Shown one piece after another: positions 1 through 13,966 of a stretch of 64,000 nucleotides of DNA. The stretch lies in NCBI RefSeq assembly GCF_009914755.1, contig NC_060925.1; one strand, given 5' to 3'. The position numbers and the translations under genes were made by a program. This DNA is from the human T2T-CHM13v2.0 reference genome, Homo sapiens. Every line of letters begins with the position of its first letter. Within the stretch, counting starts at the first letter, position 1. Below the pieces are notes generated by a model. It was not told the origin of the DNA. It did no database searches and saw nothing but the letters and a program-made list of their open reading frames with translations.

Positions 1-434
1 AAATTTTGTATGTTGAGCATTCCTTTTGTTTTAAGTTTGTAGACTATGTACAGCTTAATGAATGAATAGAAAATAAATAATAGAAAAGTAAGTTGAAGTT
101 ATATAACTTAATTTGAACAATTACAAGACCTGATTTTCAAAGATATGTTTCTTGTTTACAATTTGTATAACTTTTTTACAAGCATCTTTAAATGGATGAT
201 TTCTTTGCCATTCAAATGACATTTCCATGGCGGTGGATTAAAAGAAAAAGCTGAAATAGTTTGAATAACAGAAGAATGGCATATTACTAGTGTTATAGAC
301 ATAAACGAATTAAATAGAGAGGTGATAGATGTTTTGGTCTTCTGGGCTCCCAACAAAATCTTCATTAGTAATGTCCCATTTAACCTACCCATAATCACAG
401 TTCTTATCATAAACTTTACTCTTTCCTACCTCTA

Positions 435-494
435 TTCCCTCTTAATTTATCTGAGTTAAGTATTTTCCCTCTTAATTTATCTGAGTTAAGTATT
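435..494. repeat. Perfect 30-bp tandem duplication
   Basis: ttccctcttaatttatctgagttaagtatt occurs at 435-464 and again at 465-494. Confidence 0.95.
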
Positions 495-1654
495 TGAGGC
501 TTTGCCTTGCATAATTGTGCTTCCAATCTGTCTCTGAAACCATTGCCGAGTAAGACCCTGATTACTTTACATCTTCTTACACCTACACTACAAAAACACT
601 TTCCGTCTGTATCAGAAGTTCACCTTCTGTTAAAAGTAAAACATTCTCATGAGGGTGTATAAAAATGTGTAATTATAATTAAGTTATTCAAATAGATTTA
701 TCTTCACTATATTTTTTTAATTTGTGATTTTATTACCTTTCAACAGATAAAATACCAAGGTTACAGAAATTGTAACTCACATGAATGCTCTAAAGAATGT
801 GGTCAGAGTCTGATTATACTAGTTGGACTGACTTTGGTAAACTGTCCGTTATATGAGTCTCCTTACAAAGTTATTTTTAGCCATTTAACATTGTCACAGA
901 TGGATCAATAAGAAAAATGGCCAATTTTGATTCTCTGACCTCTGCGATTTGATGAATTTCACATGCATTCATGATAACTATTATAATTGTTATAAGTAGA
1001 TCACTGGTCTTCTAAATCTATAGTACACTTAAGTGAATAAATTACTTGAATAGATATTATTTATGATTAATGATATGCAGATATAAAATCTGATTATTTT
1101 GGGGCATCAAAAAAATGAAAATTTTTTCAGCATAGTCATTGAAAAAATGCAAATGAAAAATAGATTATCTTCATGTACCAGAAATGTTTGCAACTTGTCC
1201 TCATGAATTATGTATGTGAATGGCTAATCACCATTATATTTTACAAATCTCTGTAAATAGCATCCCCATATACTGATGTTATGGGAACAAAAATAAGAGA
1301 GTATTAAATTGGGATTTAATGAACTCTTTCTTGTTGCACCCCCATCTAGTTTTAAATATATTATAATCATTGAAGTTCTGTACTTTAGGGGAAAGTTTGG
1401 CATGAGAGATAAAGTTTTATTCATAGCCATATTTTGTTGGTGTCTATATTATGTATAGCGATTTGAGAGGTGTAATCTCCATTCCAGATGGGTCCACTTA
1501 AATAAGAGGTTTAAAAAGTAGTAAAAAAACTTTATTTCAGTTTTTTAAATAAAAAAGTATATTGCAAAATTATTCTTCTTTTCTAATTCTGATGAGACCA
1601 TCAGATGTTTGCTTATATGGGTTATTTTCAAAACATATTTTGGTAAATTAATAG

Positions 1655-2132
1655 GAAAAATCACCCCAGTTCTTCACATCTCCTTGTATCCATGACTTCA
1701 GCAAAATGAGTTTGCATCTCCTCAAAATCAAGAGAGGGAGACTGTGCATTCCACCGCTGAATTTGGGTGGCCTTGGGTTTTGTTTTAGCCAATAGAATAC
1801 CATAGATATGTCAGTTCCCAAACTAGCTCTCAATAGGCCTTGAAATCTCCTACTGTCACTCATGAACTTCAGCTACCATCATGAGAATAAGCTCAGATAT
1901 ACCTTCTGAAAGATGGGAAATTCGTGGAACAAGCTGAATCTTCTTACTCAATACCATCCAACATATGTAATTGAGTCCTACAGAGACCAGAAAAACCACC
2001 TAAGCTGAGCCAAGATCAGTTGAACAGCTTAGCCATTCTTTGGATTTGTAGGTATAATAAATGATTGTTGTTTTAAGCCCCTAAATATTGAGTTTATTAT
2101 ACAATATATTGTGGTATTAGATAATTGAGACA
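1655..2132 (+). mobile_element. Old MaLR solo LTR (MLT1F/G/H-like)
   Basis: MLT1-type motifs 'ttttagccaatagaat' and 'ataaatgattgttgttttaagcc', ending 'tagataattgagaca'; 5' boundary approximate. Confidence 0.65.
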
Positions 2133-3389
2133 TATTTAAAATTGGCAGCTCCATTATTTATTCTAGTACATCTTAGATATTCTAGGATCACTACATTTAT
2201 TATTTAATTTTTTGAAAATCAACCTCTATAATAACTAATGTTATAACCATTAAAATTTGAGAAGAGGAATCTAAGTACTATACTTCCCCCTCCTATTTCG
2301 TAGGTAGTATTCAATATATAAGGCCTCCTAATAATAAATTAAATAACAAGAATACATATGTATTTCCTACATTAAGAAGTTTATTCCAGAAGAGGAGAAA
2401 AACACAAATTGCCAAAAACAAATAAGTTGACTAATAAATAAAATAGGAAAGATAGAACAAAGAACCCTTTCATTCTAAGCCCTTCTGTACTATTTAAAAA
2501 TTTTATAATATGTAGTGCCCATAGTACTTATTAAAAAAAGCCTATCCTTGCTCATTAATACCACAAAACCCACTGTAAATATTAAAATGTTTTATAATAA
2601 CAACAGAATTTCTATATTGTCAAATGGAAAAAAACACTTTAAAAGTGTTTACATAACATCCAGGTATCATAAAAAATACACAGATTAAAAGAATAGCCAG
2701 TTATATAGTCTGAATGATTATAAAAAATTAAAATTATCAAAAAGATTTGTTATCCCCACAGTCCTTATTTAATAGTGTGTTTAAAATGAAACAACATAAA
2801 AATAAAACAAGGGCAAACAAAATATAAATTTGATACAAAGTTTAAAATAACCAAGTATACTCTTTATACTTTTTTTATTTTTAGTTTTTTAGGTATATCA
2901 TAGGTGCATCTGTGTATGAAATATATGAGATGTTTTCATACAAGCATGCAGTATGAAATAAGCCCATTATGAAGAATGAGGCATCCATCAATCCAAGCAT
3001 TTATCCATTGAGTTTCAACCAATGCAATTATACTCTTTATTTTAAAATATGCAATTAAGTTATTATTGACTATAGTCACCCTAATGTGCTGTCAAATGGT
3101 AGATCTTATTCATTCTTCCTATGTTCTTTTTGTACCCATTAACCATCCCCACCTTTCCCCACCACCACCCCATTACCCTTCCCAGCTGCCAGTAACCACC
3201 TTTCTACTCTCTATGTCCCTGAGTTAAATTGTTGTGGTTTTTATATCCCACAAATAAGTGAGAAAAGGCAATGTTTGTCCTTCTGTGCCGGGTTTATTTC
3301 ACTTAACATAATGATCTCCAGTTTCATTCATGTTTTAGCAAATGACTGTATCTTATTCCTTTCTATGGCTGAATTGTACTCTATTGTGT

Positions 3390-3752
3390 TGACACGGTTT
3401 GGATGTGTCTCCACCCAAATCTCATTTTGAATTGCAGCTCCCACAATTCTCATGTGTTGTGGGATGGACACATTGGGAGGTAATTGAATCAAGGGGGTGG
3501 GTCTTCCCTGTGCTGTTCTCATGATAGTGAATAAATCTGATGAGATCTGTTGTTTTTATAAAGAGGAGTTCCCCTGCACAAGTTCTTTCTTCTGTGTCAC
3601 TGTCTAAGGTGTGACTTGCTCCTCCTTGCCTTCTGCCATGATTGTGAGGTCTCCCCAGCCATGTGGAACTGTTAGTCAATTAAAGGTCTTTCTTTTATAA
3701 TTACCCAGTCTTGGGTATGTCTTTATTATCTGTATGAGAACAGGCTAATACC
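3390..3752 (+). mobile_element. THE1 (THE1B/C-like) MaLR solo LTR inserted in the L1 3' region
   Basis: Starts tgacacggtttggatgtgtctccacccaaatctc, ends gaacaggctaatac; gtgt on both flanks, and L1 sequence resumes on both sides. Confidence 0.92.
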
Positions 3753-6700
3753 GTGTATATGTATCACATTTTCTGTATCCATTTGTCTGTTGGTGGACAC
3801 TAGATTGCTTGCAAATCTTGGCTATTGTGAACAGTGCTGCAATAAACATGGAAGTACAGACACCTTTGGATATACTGATTTCAGATATTTGGGGTGTATA
3901 TTTTGGTGTGGGATTGCTGGATTTTAGTTTTTTTGTGAAAGCTACACACTGCTTTCCATAGTGTTTATACTAATCTACATTTCTACCAACAGTGTACTAG
4001 GGTTTCCTTTTATTCACATCCTCACCAGCATTTGTTATTGCCTGTCTTTTGGATACAAGCCATTTTAACTGGGGTGAGATGCTATCCCATTGTAGCTTTG
4101 ATTTGCATTCTTCTGATGATCAATGATGTTGAGCACCTTTTCATATGCCTGTTTGCTATAGAGAAATATCTACTTAACTCTTTTGCCCATCTTTTGATCA
4201 GATTATTAGATTTTTCTTGTAGAGCTGTTTGAGCTCCTTATACATTCTGGTTGTTAATCCCTTATGAGATAGGTAGTTTGCAAATACTTTCTCCCATTGT
4301 GTGAGTTGTCACTTCACTTTGATTGTATCCTTGGCCGTAAACCTAATATGATTTCAGTTGTTCATTTTTGCTTTGCTTGCCTGTGCTTGTGGCATATTGC
4401 TCAAAAATTTTTGCCCAGATCAGTGTCCTGGAGGTTTTCCCCAATATTTTATTTGTGTAGTTTCATGTTTTGAGGTCTTAGATTTAAGTCTTTAATCCAT
4501 TTTGATTTGATTTTTGTATATGTCAAATAGGGGTCAGTTCTTTTCTTCTGCATATGGATATCCAGTTTTCCCAGAACCAGTTATTAAAAAGACGGCCTTT
4601 TCCTTAGTGCATTTTCTTAAGACCTTTACTGAAAATGAGTTCAGTGTAGTTGTGTGGATTTGTTCCTGCATTCTCTATTCTGTTCCATTGGCTTTGTGTC
4701 TGTTTTTATGCAGTATAGTACTGTTTTGGTTACTATCACTCTACTATGGTTTGAAGACAGTAATGTGATTTCTCCAGTTTTTTTATTATTATTATTAGGA
4801 TAGTTTTGGATAGCTCTTCTTTTGTTCTTTTTGTTTAGGAGAGTTTAGAATAGCTATTCTTGTTTTTTGTGTGTTTGCATATAAATTTTGGAATTATTTT
4901 TTCTATGTCATTGAAGAATATCATTGATATTTTGATAGGGATTGCATTGAATCTGTAGATTGGGTAGTATGGGGATTTTAACAATATTGATTCTCCCAAT
5001 CCATGAAAATAGAATATTTTTCTATTTTTTGTGTCCTCTTCAATTTCTTTCATCAATGTTTTATAGTTTTCATTATAGAGATCTTTCACTTATTTGGTTA
5101 ATTCCTAGGTGTTTAATTTTTTTATGGCTATCGTAATTGGGATTACTTTTTTAAATTTCTTTTTTACATTGTTCACTGTTGGCATTTAGAAATGCTACTG
5201 ATTTTGAATGTTGATTTTGTATCCTGCAACTGTACTGAATTTGATTATCAGTTCTAATAGTTTTTTTGGTGATTTGTTTAGGTTTTTCAAAATACAAGAT
5301 AATATATCTGTAAACAAGAATAATTTCACTTCTTCCTTTCAGATTTGGATGCGCTTTTTATCTCTCTTGTCTAATTTTTCTAGCTAGGACTTCCAATGCT
5401 CTGTTGAATAACAGTGGTAACAGTGAACATCCTCGTAGCGTTCCAGATATTAGAGGAAACGTTTTCATTTTCATACCATTCAGTGTGATACTAGCTGTGG
5501 ATCTATCATATGTGGCTTTTATAATGTTCAGGTATGTTCTTCCTATATCCAGATTTTTTGAGGATTTTTACCATGAAGGTATATTAAATTTTATCAAATG
5601 CCTTTTTTCATCAGTTTAAATGATCATATTCTTTTTAATCCTTTATTCTGTTGATGTGATGTATCACATAGATTGATATGCTTCTTTTTAAGCATCCTTG
5701 TATGCCATGGATAAATCCCACTTGGTCAAGATGAAGGATCTTTCTAATGTATTGTTGAATTCAGTTTGCTAGTATTTTGTTGAGAATTTTTGCATCAATA
5801 TTCATCAGAGATATTGGGCTGTAGTGTTCTTTTTTTTTTTGATATGACTTTGCCTGGTTTGGTTTACTATCAGGGTAACACTGGCCTCACAGAATGAGTT
5901 TAATAGAATTCTCTCCTTTATTCTTTGGAATAATTTGATTAGGATTGGTATTAGTTTTTCAAATGTTTAGTAGAATTCAGCAGTGAAGCCATCAGGTCCC
6001 AGGCTTTCCTTTACTGGAAGACTTTTTATTATGGTTTCTATCTCATTACTTTATATTCATCTTTTCAGGTTTTTTTATTTCTTCCTGGTTCAATTTTGGT
6101 AGGTTGTATATATCTAGAAATTTTTCCATTTCTTCTAGATTTTCCAATTTATTGGCATGTAGTTGGTCATAGCAGCCACTAATGATCCTTTGAATTTCTG
6201 CAGTGTCAGATGTAATGTCTCTTTTTACATTTCTGATTTGATTTATGTGAATCTTCTCTCTTTCTTAGTATGGCTAAATGTTTGTCAATTTTGTTGAACT
6301 TTTCAAAAAGCCAACTTCTTATTTCATTGATCTCTTGTACTGTTGTTTTATTATTTCATTTCAGTTTCATTTATATCTGTTCTGTTCTTTATTATTTCTT
6401 GTACCAATTATGGGTTTGATTTTCTCTTGCTTTTCTCATTTTTAAGATGCATTGTTAGATTGTTTATTTGAAATGTTTTCTCTTTTTTAATTTAAGCACT
6501 TACAGCTATAAACTTCCCTCTTAGTACTGTTTTTGCTATATTCCATCAGTTTTTATGTTGTGTTGGGATTATCATTTATTTCAAGAAAATTTTCAATTTA
6601 TTTCTTTATTTATTGAACTACTGGTCATTCAGGAGCATATTGTTTAATATTTATGTATTTGTATACATAAAGAATTTTGAAAATTCTTCTTGTCATTAAT

Positions 6701-7616
6701 TTCTAGTTTTGTTCCATCAGGGTTAGAAAAGATGCTTGATATTACCTCAAATTTTTAAAGGTTTTAAGACTTATTTTGTGATCTACCATATGGTCTATCC
6801 TTGAGAATGATCCATATGCTGAAAAAAAGAATGTGTATTCTGCAGCTCTTGCATGAAATGTTCTGTAAGTATCTATTAGATCCATTTGATCTATAGTGCA
6901 GATTAAGTCTGATGTTTCTTTGTTGATTTTTTTTCTGGAAAATCTGCTTAATACTAAATAAGAGCTGAAGTCTGCGACTATTATTTTATTGGGGCCTAGC
7001 TTTCTCTTTAGTGCTAATAATATTTCCTATATATATCTGAGTGCTCCAGTGTTGAATGCATATATATATTTATAACTGTTATATTCTCTTGCTGAATTGA
7101 TCCCATTGTCATTATATAGTGATGTTCTTTGTCTCTTTTTTAGAGTTTTTGTCTCGAAATCTATGTTGTGTGATATAAATATAGTGACTGTTGCACTTTT
7201 GTGGTTTCCATTGGCATAAAATATCTTTTTCTTTTTTTAAATTTCAGTCTATTTGTGTCTTTACAGGTGAAATATGTTTGTTATAGCAACAGTTCATGGG
7301 TCTTATTTTTTCATCCCTTCTACCAGTCTATGTCTTTTGATTGGGGTGTTTAGGCCATATACATTCTATGCTATTACTGATAAGTAAAGACTTATTCCTG
7401 CCATTTTCTTATTTTTTGGTTGTTTTGTGATCTTCTCTTCCTCTTCTCTATCATTCCTGTCTTCCTCTAGTGCAGATAATTTTCTCTAGTGTTATAATTT
7501 AGTTTATTGCTTTTTGTTTTTTGTGTATCCATTGTATGTTTTTTGGTTTGAGGTTATCATGAGGCTTTCAAGTACTATTTTATAACCCATTATTTTAACC
7601 TAATAACAACAGTATT

Positions 7617-8043
7617 TGTATTAATCAGGGTTCTCTAGAGGGACAGAACTATTAAGAGATATATATAGTTTATTAAGTATTAACCCCCATGATCACAAGG
7701 TCCTAGAATAAGCTGTCTGCAAACTGAAGAACAAGAAGAGCCAGTCTGAGTCCAAAAACTGAAGAACCTAGAGTCCAGAGTTCTAGGGCAGGAAGCATCC
7801 AGCACCACAGAAAGATATAGGCTGGGATGCTGGGCCAGTCTATTCTTTTCACATTTTTCTGCCTGCTTTATATTCACTGGCAGCTTATTAGATGGGGCCC
7901 ACCTAGATTGTGGGTGAGTCTTCCTTTCCCAGCCCACTGACTCAAATATTAATCTCCTTTGGCAACACCCTCAAGACACACACAGGATCAGTACTTTGCA
8001 TCTTTCAATCCAATCAAGTTGACACGCAGTATTAACCATCACA
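7617..8043 (-). mobile_element. HERV-L 3' LTR (MLT2A)
   Basis: tgtattaatcagggttctctagagggacagaac ... gtattaaccatcaca is the reverse complement of the MLT2A termini. Confidence 0.93.
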
Positions 8044-8559
8044 GTTCTACCCCTTGTCAACTTGAACCTATACACATCTCCTGAGATCATACATAATCTT
8101 CAAATAAAGACAAAAATAATGTCATAAATACACCTAACATAATAAAACTATCCTTCATACAACCAGAAATGCACGAATCCCCAAAAGTTAACAAAGTATT
8201 GTTAACTTTACGCTATTACAGTTAAAAATGCTGACATGAAGTCAATAAATCTTACGTTGCATGATAAAGGAAAAATGAAATAAAATGAGGATATTTTATT
8301 AGTGCAAGTGTGTACATGCACAAACATATTTTTAACAAAAAGAAGGAGGAAATACTCATGACAATTACAGTCATTTCTGCAGCTGGTCACGTGGTCGTAG
8401 CTGGTATTGATAACTACCTTCTTCTACTACGCATTCTGTATTCCCTTTGCCTTCAGCAAGTGCCTCAGCAGGTCATGATTTTATTTCCAGGTGGAGTGAC
8501 TCAAACTTTCATTCCTGAAGGGTCTGGGCAATTTATAGTACTACCTGGATTGGGCTGTT

Positions 8560-8890
8560 GTAGTTTCTCATTGACCTTAATCACAGGGCATGGTAATACT
8601 AAGAGATGCCCTAAAGGATCTCCTGTATTCCATGCATACTATTCCTTGCCTCTGTTGTGAAACAATACACTGATTTCATCTTGATAGTCCCAGTCAGTCA
8701 TCCCAGCCAAAACTGTAACTCCCTTCTTAACCTGTTGACTTAAAGGTAGGAGGAGACCAAAGTGTCCAGGTGGCAATCTTAACTTCCAGTTTAATGAAAT
8801 CATTGTTGTGTCTCCTGGTGGCAGCTTTCCTCACTCTGGAACTAAGACCTATAGGCCAGCAGAACATAATGTCATGGGAACAGGAAGCAA
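8560..8890 (-). pseudogene. HERV-L dUTPase remnant (3' of integrase)
   Basis: Minus-strand translation LNWKLRLPPGHFGLLLPLSQQVKKGVTVLAGMTDWDYQDEIS resembles dUTPase motifs 2-3 (GVIDxDYxGEI); position is typical of ERV-L; boundaries approximate. Confidence 0.8.
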
Positions 8891-8949
8891 AACAATAATT
8901 TTGCTAGTGGGTCATTAGGGGTGATGGTGATTGGTGCCGCTTACACTTT

Positions 8950-11790
8950 TACCCCTTGATTCCTGGAGCCATAAATCCTTGCTATGGGAGAAACAGTACC
9001 ATATATTGGATGCCAATTCAGAGTATACGTGGCCTTCTGGAAAACTTTGCCCCTATTGTCACCTAGTTGACATTGTAATTATGACTTCAAAGGGCCATTC
9101 CACCATTCTATCAAATCAGCTGCCTCAGGATGACAGGGAACATGGTAAGACCAGTGAATTTCATGAGCACAAGCCCACTGCCACACTTCTTTAGCTGCAA
9201 AGTGAGTGCCTTGTTCAGAGTCAATGTGGTGTGAAATACCACGGTGGTAGATAAGGCGTTCCATGAGTCCATGGATGGTAGTCTTGGCAGGATCATTGCG
9301 TGCAGGACAGACAAACCCATATCTGGAGTAAGTGTTTATTCCATTGAGGACAAACCTCTGCGCTTTCCATGATGGAAGAAGTGCAATATAATCAACCTGC
9401 CACTAGGTAGCTGGTTGATCACCCCAAGGATTTGTGCCATATTGAGGGCTCAGTGTTGGTCTCTGCTACTGGCAAATTGGGCACTTAGCAGTGGCTGTAG
9501 CCAAGTCATCCTTGATGAGTGGAAGTCCATGTTGCTGAGCCCATGCATAACCTCCATCCCTGCCACCATGACCACTGTTCATGAACCCACTGGGCAAGGA
9601 TGGGAGGCTGGGGAAAGGCTGATTGTTGTCCACAGAATGGGTCATCCTATCCACTTGATTATTAAAACACTCCTCTGCCGAGGACACACATTTGTGAGCA
9701 CTCACATGGGATACAAATATCTTTACAGTTTTTGATCACTCAGACAGGTCCATCCACATACCTCTTGCCCAAATTTTTTCATCACCAGTTTTCCAATCAT
9801 GTTTCTTCCAAGTCCCTGACCATCCAGGGCAACTATGGCTCCAACCCATGAATCAGTACATAATCGCACATCTGCCCATGTCTCCTTCCATGTAAAGTGC
9901 ACAACCAGGTGCATTGATTGAAGTTCTGCCCATTGGGAAGGTTTCCCTTCACTGCTATCCTTCAGGGATGTCCTAGAAAGGGGCTGCCGTGCTGCAGCTG
10001 TCCACTTTTGAGTGGTGCCTGCATATTGTGCAGAACCATCTGGGAGCCAGTCCCTAGTCTTCTCTTCCTCTGTCAACTGATCATAGGGGAACTCCCCATG
10101 AGGCCACTGGTGCAGGCTATGGGAGAGAAGGCAGGGTGGAATGAATGGAGACCATGGGCATTTAAGTCACTTCCTCATGTAACTTACTTGTGCCGTCATG
10201 ACCTGCTCAAGTCCGATCACTTATATACCCCTTCAATTTCATGATGGAATGCTTCTGTGCATGGCCCACTTTATGGCTAGATAGGTCAGAAAGCATCTGG
10301 TTCATAACAGGCAGTTCAGGTTGCATGGTGACTTGATGACCCATAGTCAAATATTCAGTTTCCACCAAAACCCAGTAACGGGCCAAGAGCCATCTCTCAA
10401 AAGGAGAGTAGTTATCTGGAGAAGATGGAAGGGCCTTCCTCCAAAATTCTAGAGGCCCTTCTTTGATTTACCTATGGGGGCCTGCCTAAGGCTCCCAACA
10501 GCATCCCTATCTGCCTATGATGCCTCAGGCACCATTGGATCTGCTGGGTCATATGGCCCAAGTGGCAGAGCAGCTTGCACAGCAGCCCAGACCTATTGCA
10601 GAGTCTTCTCCTGTTCTGGACCCCACTCAAAGCTAGCAGCATTTCAGGTCACTGGATAAATGGGCCAGAGTGACACACCCAAATGAGGAACATGTTTCCT
10701 CCAAAATCCAAATAGGCCCACTAGGCATTGTGCCTCTTTCTTGGTTGTAGGAGGGCCGAATGCAGCAACTTATCCTTCACCTTGGAAGGAATATCTTGAC
10801 AGGCCACACACCACTGGACCCCTAGAAATTTTACTGAGGTAAAAGGTCCCTGAATTTTAGTCAGGTTTATTTTCCATCCTCTGGCATGCAAATGTACCAC
10901 CAATCAGTCCAGTGTATTTGCTACTTCTCACTCACTGGATCCAATCAGCATAATGTCATCAATGTAATGGACCAATATGATACCTTGTGGAAGTGAAAAG
11001 CAAATAACATTATGACAGCAAGCCGGAGAGTTGATATGCCCCTGAGGTAGGACAGTAAAGATATATTGCTGCCCTTGCCACCTGAAGACAAATTGCTTCC
11101 GGTGGGCCTTAGGGACAGGAATGGAGAAAAAGGCATTTACCAAGTCAATGGCTGCATATCAGGTACCAGGATATTCCTTAATTTGCTCAAGCAATAATCA
11201 CATCTGGTACAGAAGCTGCAATTGGAGTCGCCACTTCAGTAAGCTTACCATAATCCACTGTCATCCTCCAAGATCCATCTGTCTTCTGCACAGGCCAAAT
11301 AGGAGAGTTGAATGACGGTGAGGTGGGAATCACCACCCCTGCATCTTTCAACTCCTTGATGGTGTCACTAATCTCCGTGATCCCACCAGGGATGCAATAT
11401 TATTTTTGATTTACTATTTTTCTAGGTAGTGGCAGCTCTAATGGCTTCCATTTGGCCTTTCCCACCATAGTAGCCCTCACCTTAACAGTCAGGGAGCCAA
11501 TGTGTGGCTTCTGCTACGTGCTAAATATGTCCATGCCAATTATGCATTCTGGCACTGGGGAAATGACCACAGGATGAGTCCAGGGACCCACTGGACCCAC
11601 TGAAAGTCAGACTTGAACTAAAACTCCATTAATTATCTGACCTCCACAACCCCTACTTTAACTGGAGGACCACAATGACGTATTGGGTCTCCTGGAATCA
11701 ATGTCAGCTCAGAACCAGTGTTCAGTAGTCCCTAAAATATCTAATGATTTCCGTTTCCCCAGTGCATAGTTACCCTGATAAAAGGCCAAA
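8950..11790 (-). pseudogene. pol: HERV-L pro-pol remnant (protease, RT, RNase H, integrase), frameshifted with stops
   Basis: Protease LLNTGSELTLIPG at about 11690-11730 (DTG changed to NTG); RT NAFFSIP, VLPQG, HYIDD (YIDD at 10955-10966); RNase H DGSA, AELQ, TDSW (9723..10076); integrase HGG...H...CPIC and DSEQGTHF...IEWWNG (9079..9705). Confidence 0.92.
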
Positions 11791-11799
11791 GGTCTCCTT

Positions 11800-13900
11800 G
11801 GGGAAGTATTGAAGAAACATTAACAGCATACATTGTTGGTAGTGTAGTGCGGTCCTTCCTCAAGCGGACCCTGCCTCCCCTTCATTCAGGGGGTTCTGTG
11901 TCTGTAAACTGCCTCAAGTCTGGAAATTGATTGGGGAGCCATGATTCTCTGTTTTTATAATTCAATAGTCCTTTGTCCATTCTACCTAGATGTTTTCTGC
12001 TTATATATAAATTAAGTAGAAATGCAGTAGGCTTCCTATCAATTTCACTTCTAAGAACACAGTGATAAATTAGCCAATGCCAGAGCTCTACATGAGTCAG
12101 AATATTCTGATTGCTGCTTTGCCTCTGTTGTCAATTATTGTGTCTACGTCCACCTTGCTTTTGATAGTCAAGTGCCACCACTTGGCCCCTGCCACCTCGG
12201 CATCCAATTATTCCCATTGTATTTAAATTTTGTATTTGAGTGACTGCACTTCCGACAGTTCTGACATAGAGAGAAGAGTGATTACAGGGCTCTTCAAAGA
12301 TGCAGGTGCTGCCCTCACAAATCTATTTCACAAGGCATTGGCCAAGGGTATATCTTCTGGGCCCTCTTAGCTGGGAGGAGTAGGTCTAAAGTGACTAATC
12401 CACTCCAACATCCCGATCTCCCTAAGCCTTTGAATCCTTTCCTCTACATTAAACCAAGGGAAATCAGGCATTTTCAGCTCACTTATAGTGGGCCATCTTT
12501 TAATCCATATTTCAGCTAACCAAGCAAATAAACTATTAGAACCTTTTATTAACTCCCCTAGCTGCAATATTAAATGCAGAGTCCCTGCTCAGTGGGCGTA
12601 AATCAGTGAAGTCAGCCTGATACAACCCTTTGTTCCTTCCACACTTATCCCACAACCTTAATATCCATTTCTATGCCTATTCTTCAGATTTCTGCTTATA
12701 TTAATTAGAAAACTCAAGCAATTATTTTTGAGTGTAGTGCACCTCCTCATGTGTCACATGTTGAGCATCACCTCTAGGGGCTCGCCGGGACATTAGTCTA
12801 GTTGTAAGTCTAGAAGAAAACAGGAGTGTTGGGGGTGGCTCCTGAGGAGAATCAACATTATCTTGCCTGGCAGCTGCCTTAGGTGAGGCCATGCCATTAC
12901 TGTTGCCTCAAGCAGTACAGGGTTTGCCTCCTCAGGCAAAGGTGGAAAGGCTGATGGCAGCATGGGTCAGGGAGGGGATGTTGCCCCTGCTGGGGATGGG
13001 GAAGCTGTTCCTTTTGGCAAAAAAAGTTTCATCAGATTTTACAAACTCAGTGTCCCCAGCTTCATCAGTGTCCTCCCACATGTCCCCATTACAAGTTGCA
13101 GGGTCCCATTCTTTTCCAATCAATGCCCTCACTTTAACAGTAGCCACCCGGCGAGGCTGTGCATGCATCTTTTATTGTAGGTCAGCACTCACACAATAAG
13201 AGCTTGTGTCTGTTTTGCACAATTTTGGCTCCTTCTTTAAAGGAGAAGCTGGAAACCATCATTCTCAGTAAACTGTCGCAAGGACAAAAAACCAAACACC
13301 CCATGTTCTCACTCATAGGTGGGAATTGAACAATAAGAACACATGGACACAGGAAGGGGAACATCACACACCAAGGCCTGTTGTGGGGTGGGGGGAGGGG
13401 GGAGGGATAGCATTAGGAGATATATCTAATGTTAAATGACAAGTTAATGGGTACAGCACACCAACATGGCACATGTATACATATGTAACTAACCTGCACA
13501 TTGTGCACATGTACCCTAAAACTTAAAGTGTAAAAAAAAAAAAGACTCTCACTCAGGGCAATCTTAACAGATTTGAGGCTCAGTATCTGCTTCTGAAGCC
13601 AGGAGTTAGAATATCTGAGTTCATCATTTTTTTTCTATCATTTTGTCCATTGAACTTAGGAGCAAACAACCAGCTTCATTATGTTCCTTGGTTCTCCACA
13701 CATGGTCAAAGGTATTATGCAGAGAGTCAGAAAACTCCTTGTCTCTCACAAGGAGTGAATCATGACTGTCAAATGCATTCATTTTGCATAACTCTCTAAA
13801 CAGTTCACACCACAGTCTATCAGTGCTCTTCACACTATTAGAAGTAGAGCCCTTAGCATTTTTGGGTCTAATCATATTTAAGCAGCCAACTCCAGAACCC
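11800..13900 (-). pseudogene. gag: HERV-L gag remnant, disrupted
   Basis: ORF fragments MIRPKNAKGSTSNS...ELFRELCK (13624..13962), VKVRALIGKEWDP (12932..13168) and KGSNSLFAWLAE...RLREIGMLEWI (12367..12567); interrupted by an L1 fragment. Confidence 0.85.
13245..13543 (+). mobile_element. 5'-truncated L1PA (L1PA4/5-like) 3' end inserted in HERV-L gag
   Basis: gaagctggaaaccatcattctcag ... G-rich tract ... catgtaccctaaaacttaaag plus poly(A); no long TSD visible. Confidence 0.92.
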
Positions 13901-13940
13901 CACACTAACAAAAAAACATCATGCTTAATATTCTGTTCTT

Positions 13941-13966
13941 CTAGAACCACTCCTGGTAACAAAATC
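13941..13966 (-). promoter_or_regulatory. HERV-L primer binding site region (tRNA-Leu type)
   Basis: Minus strand gattttgttaccaggagtggttctag immediately follows the 5' LTR. Confidence 0.7.

Noticed and set aside
8044-8560. Possible env gene
   Set aside because: Too short and AT-rich, with no env motifs; ERV-L lacks env.
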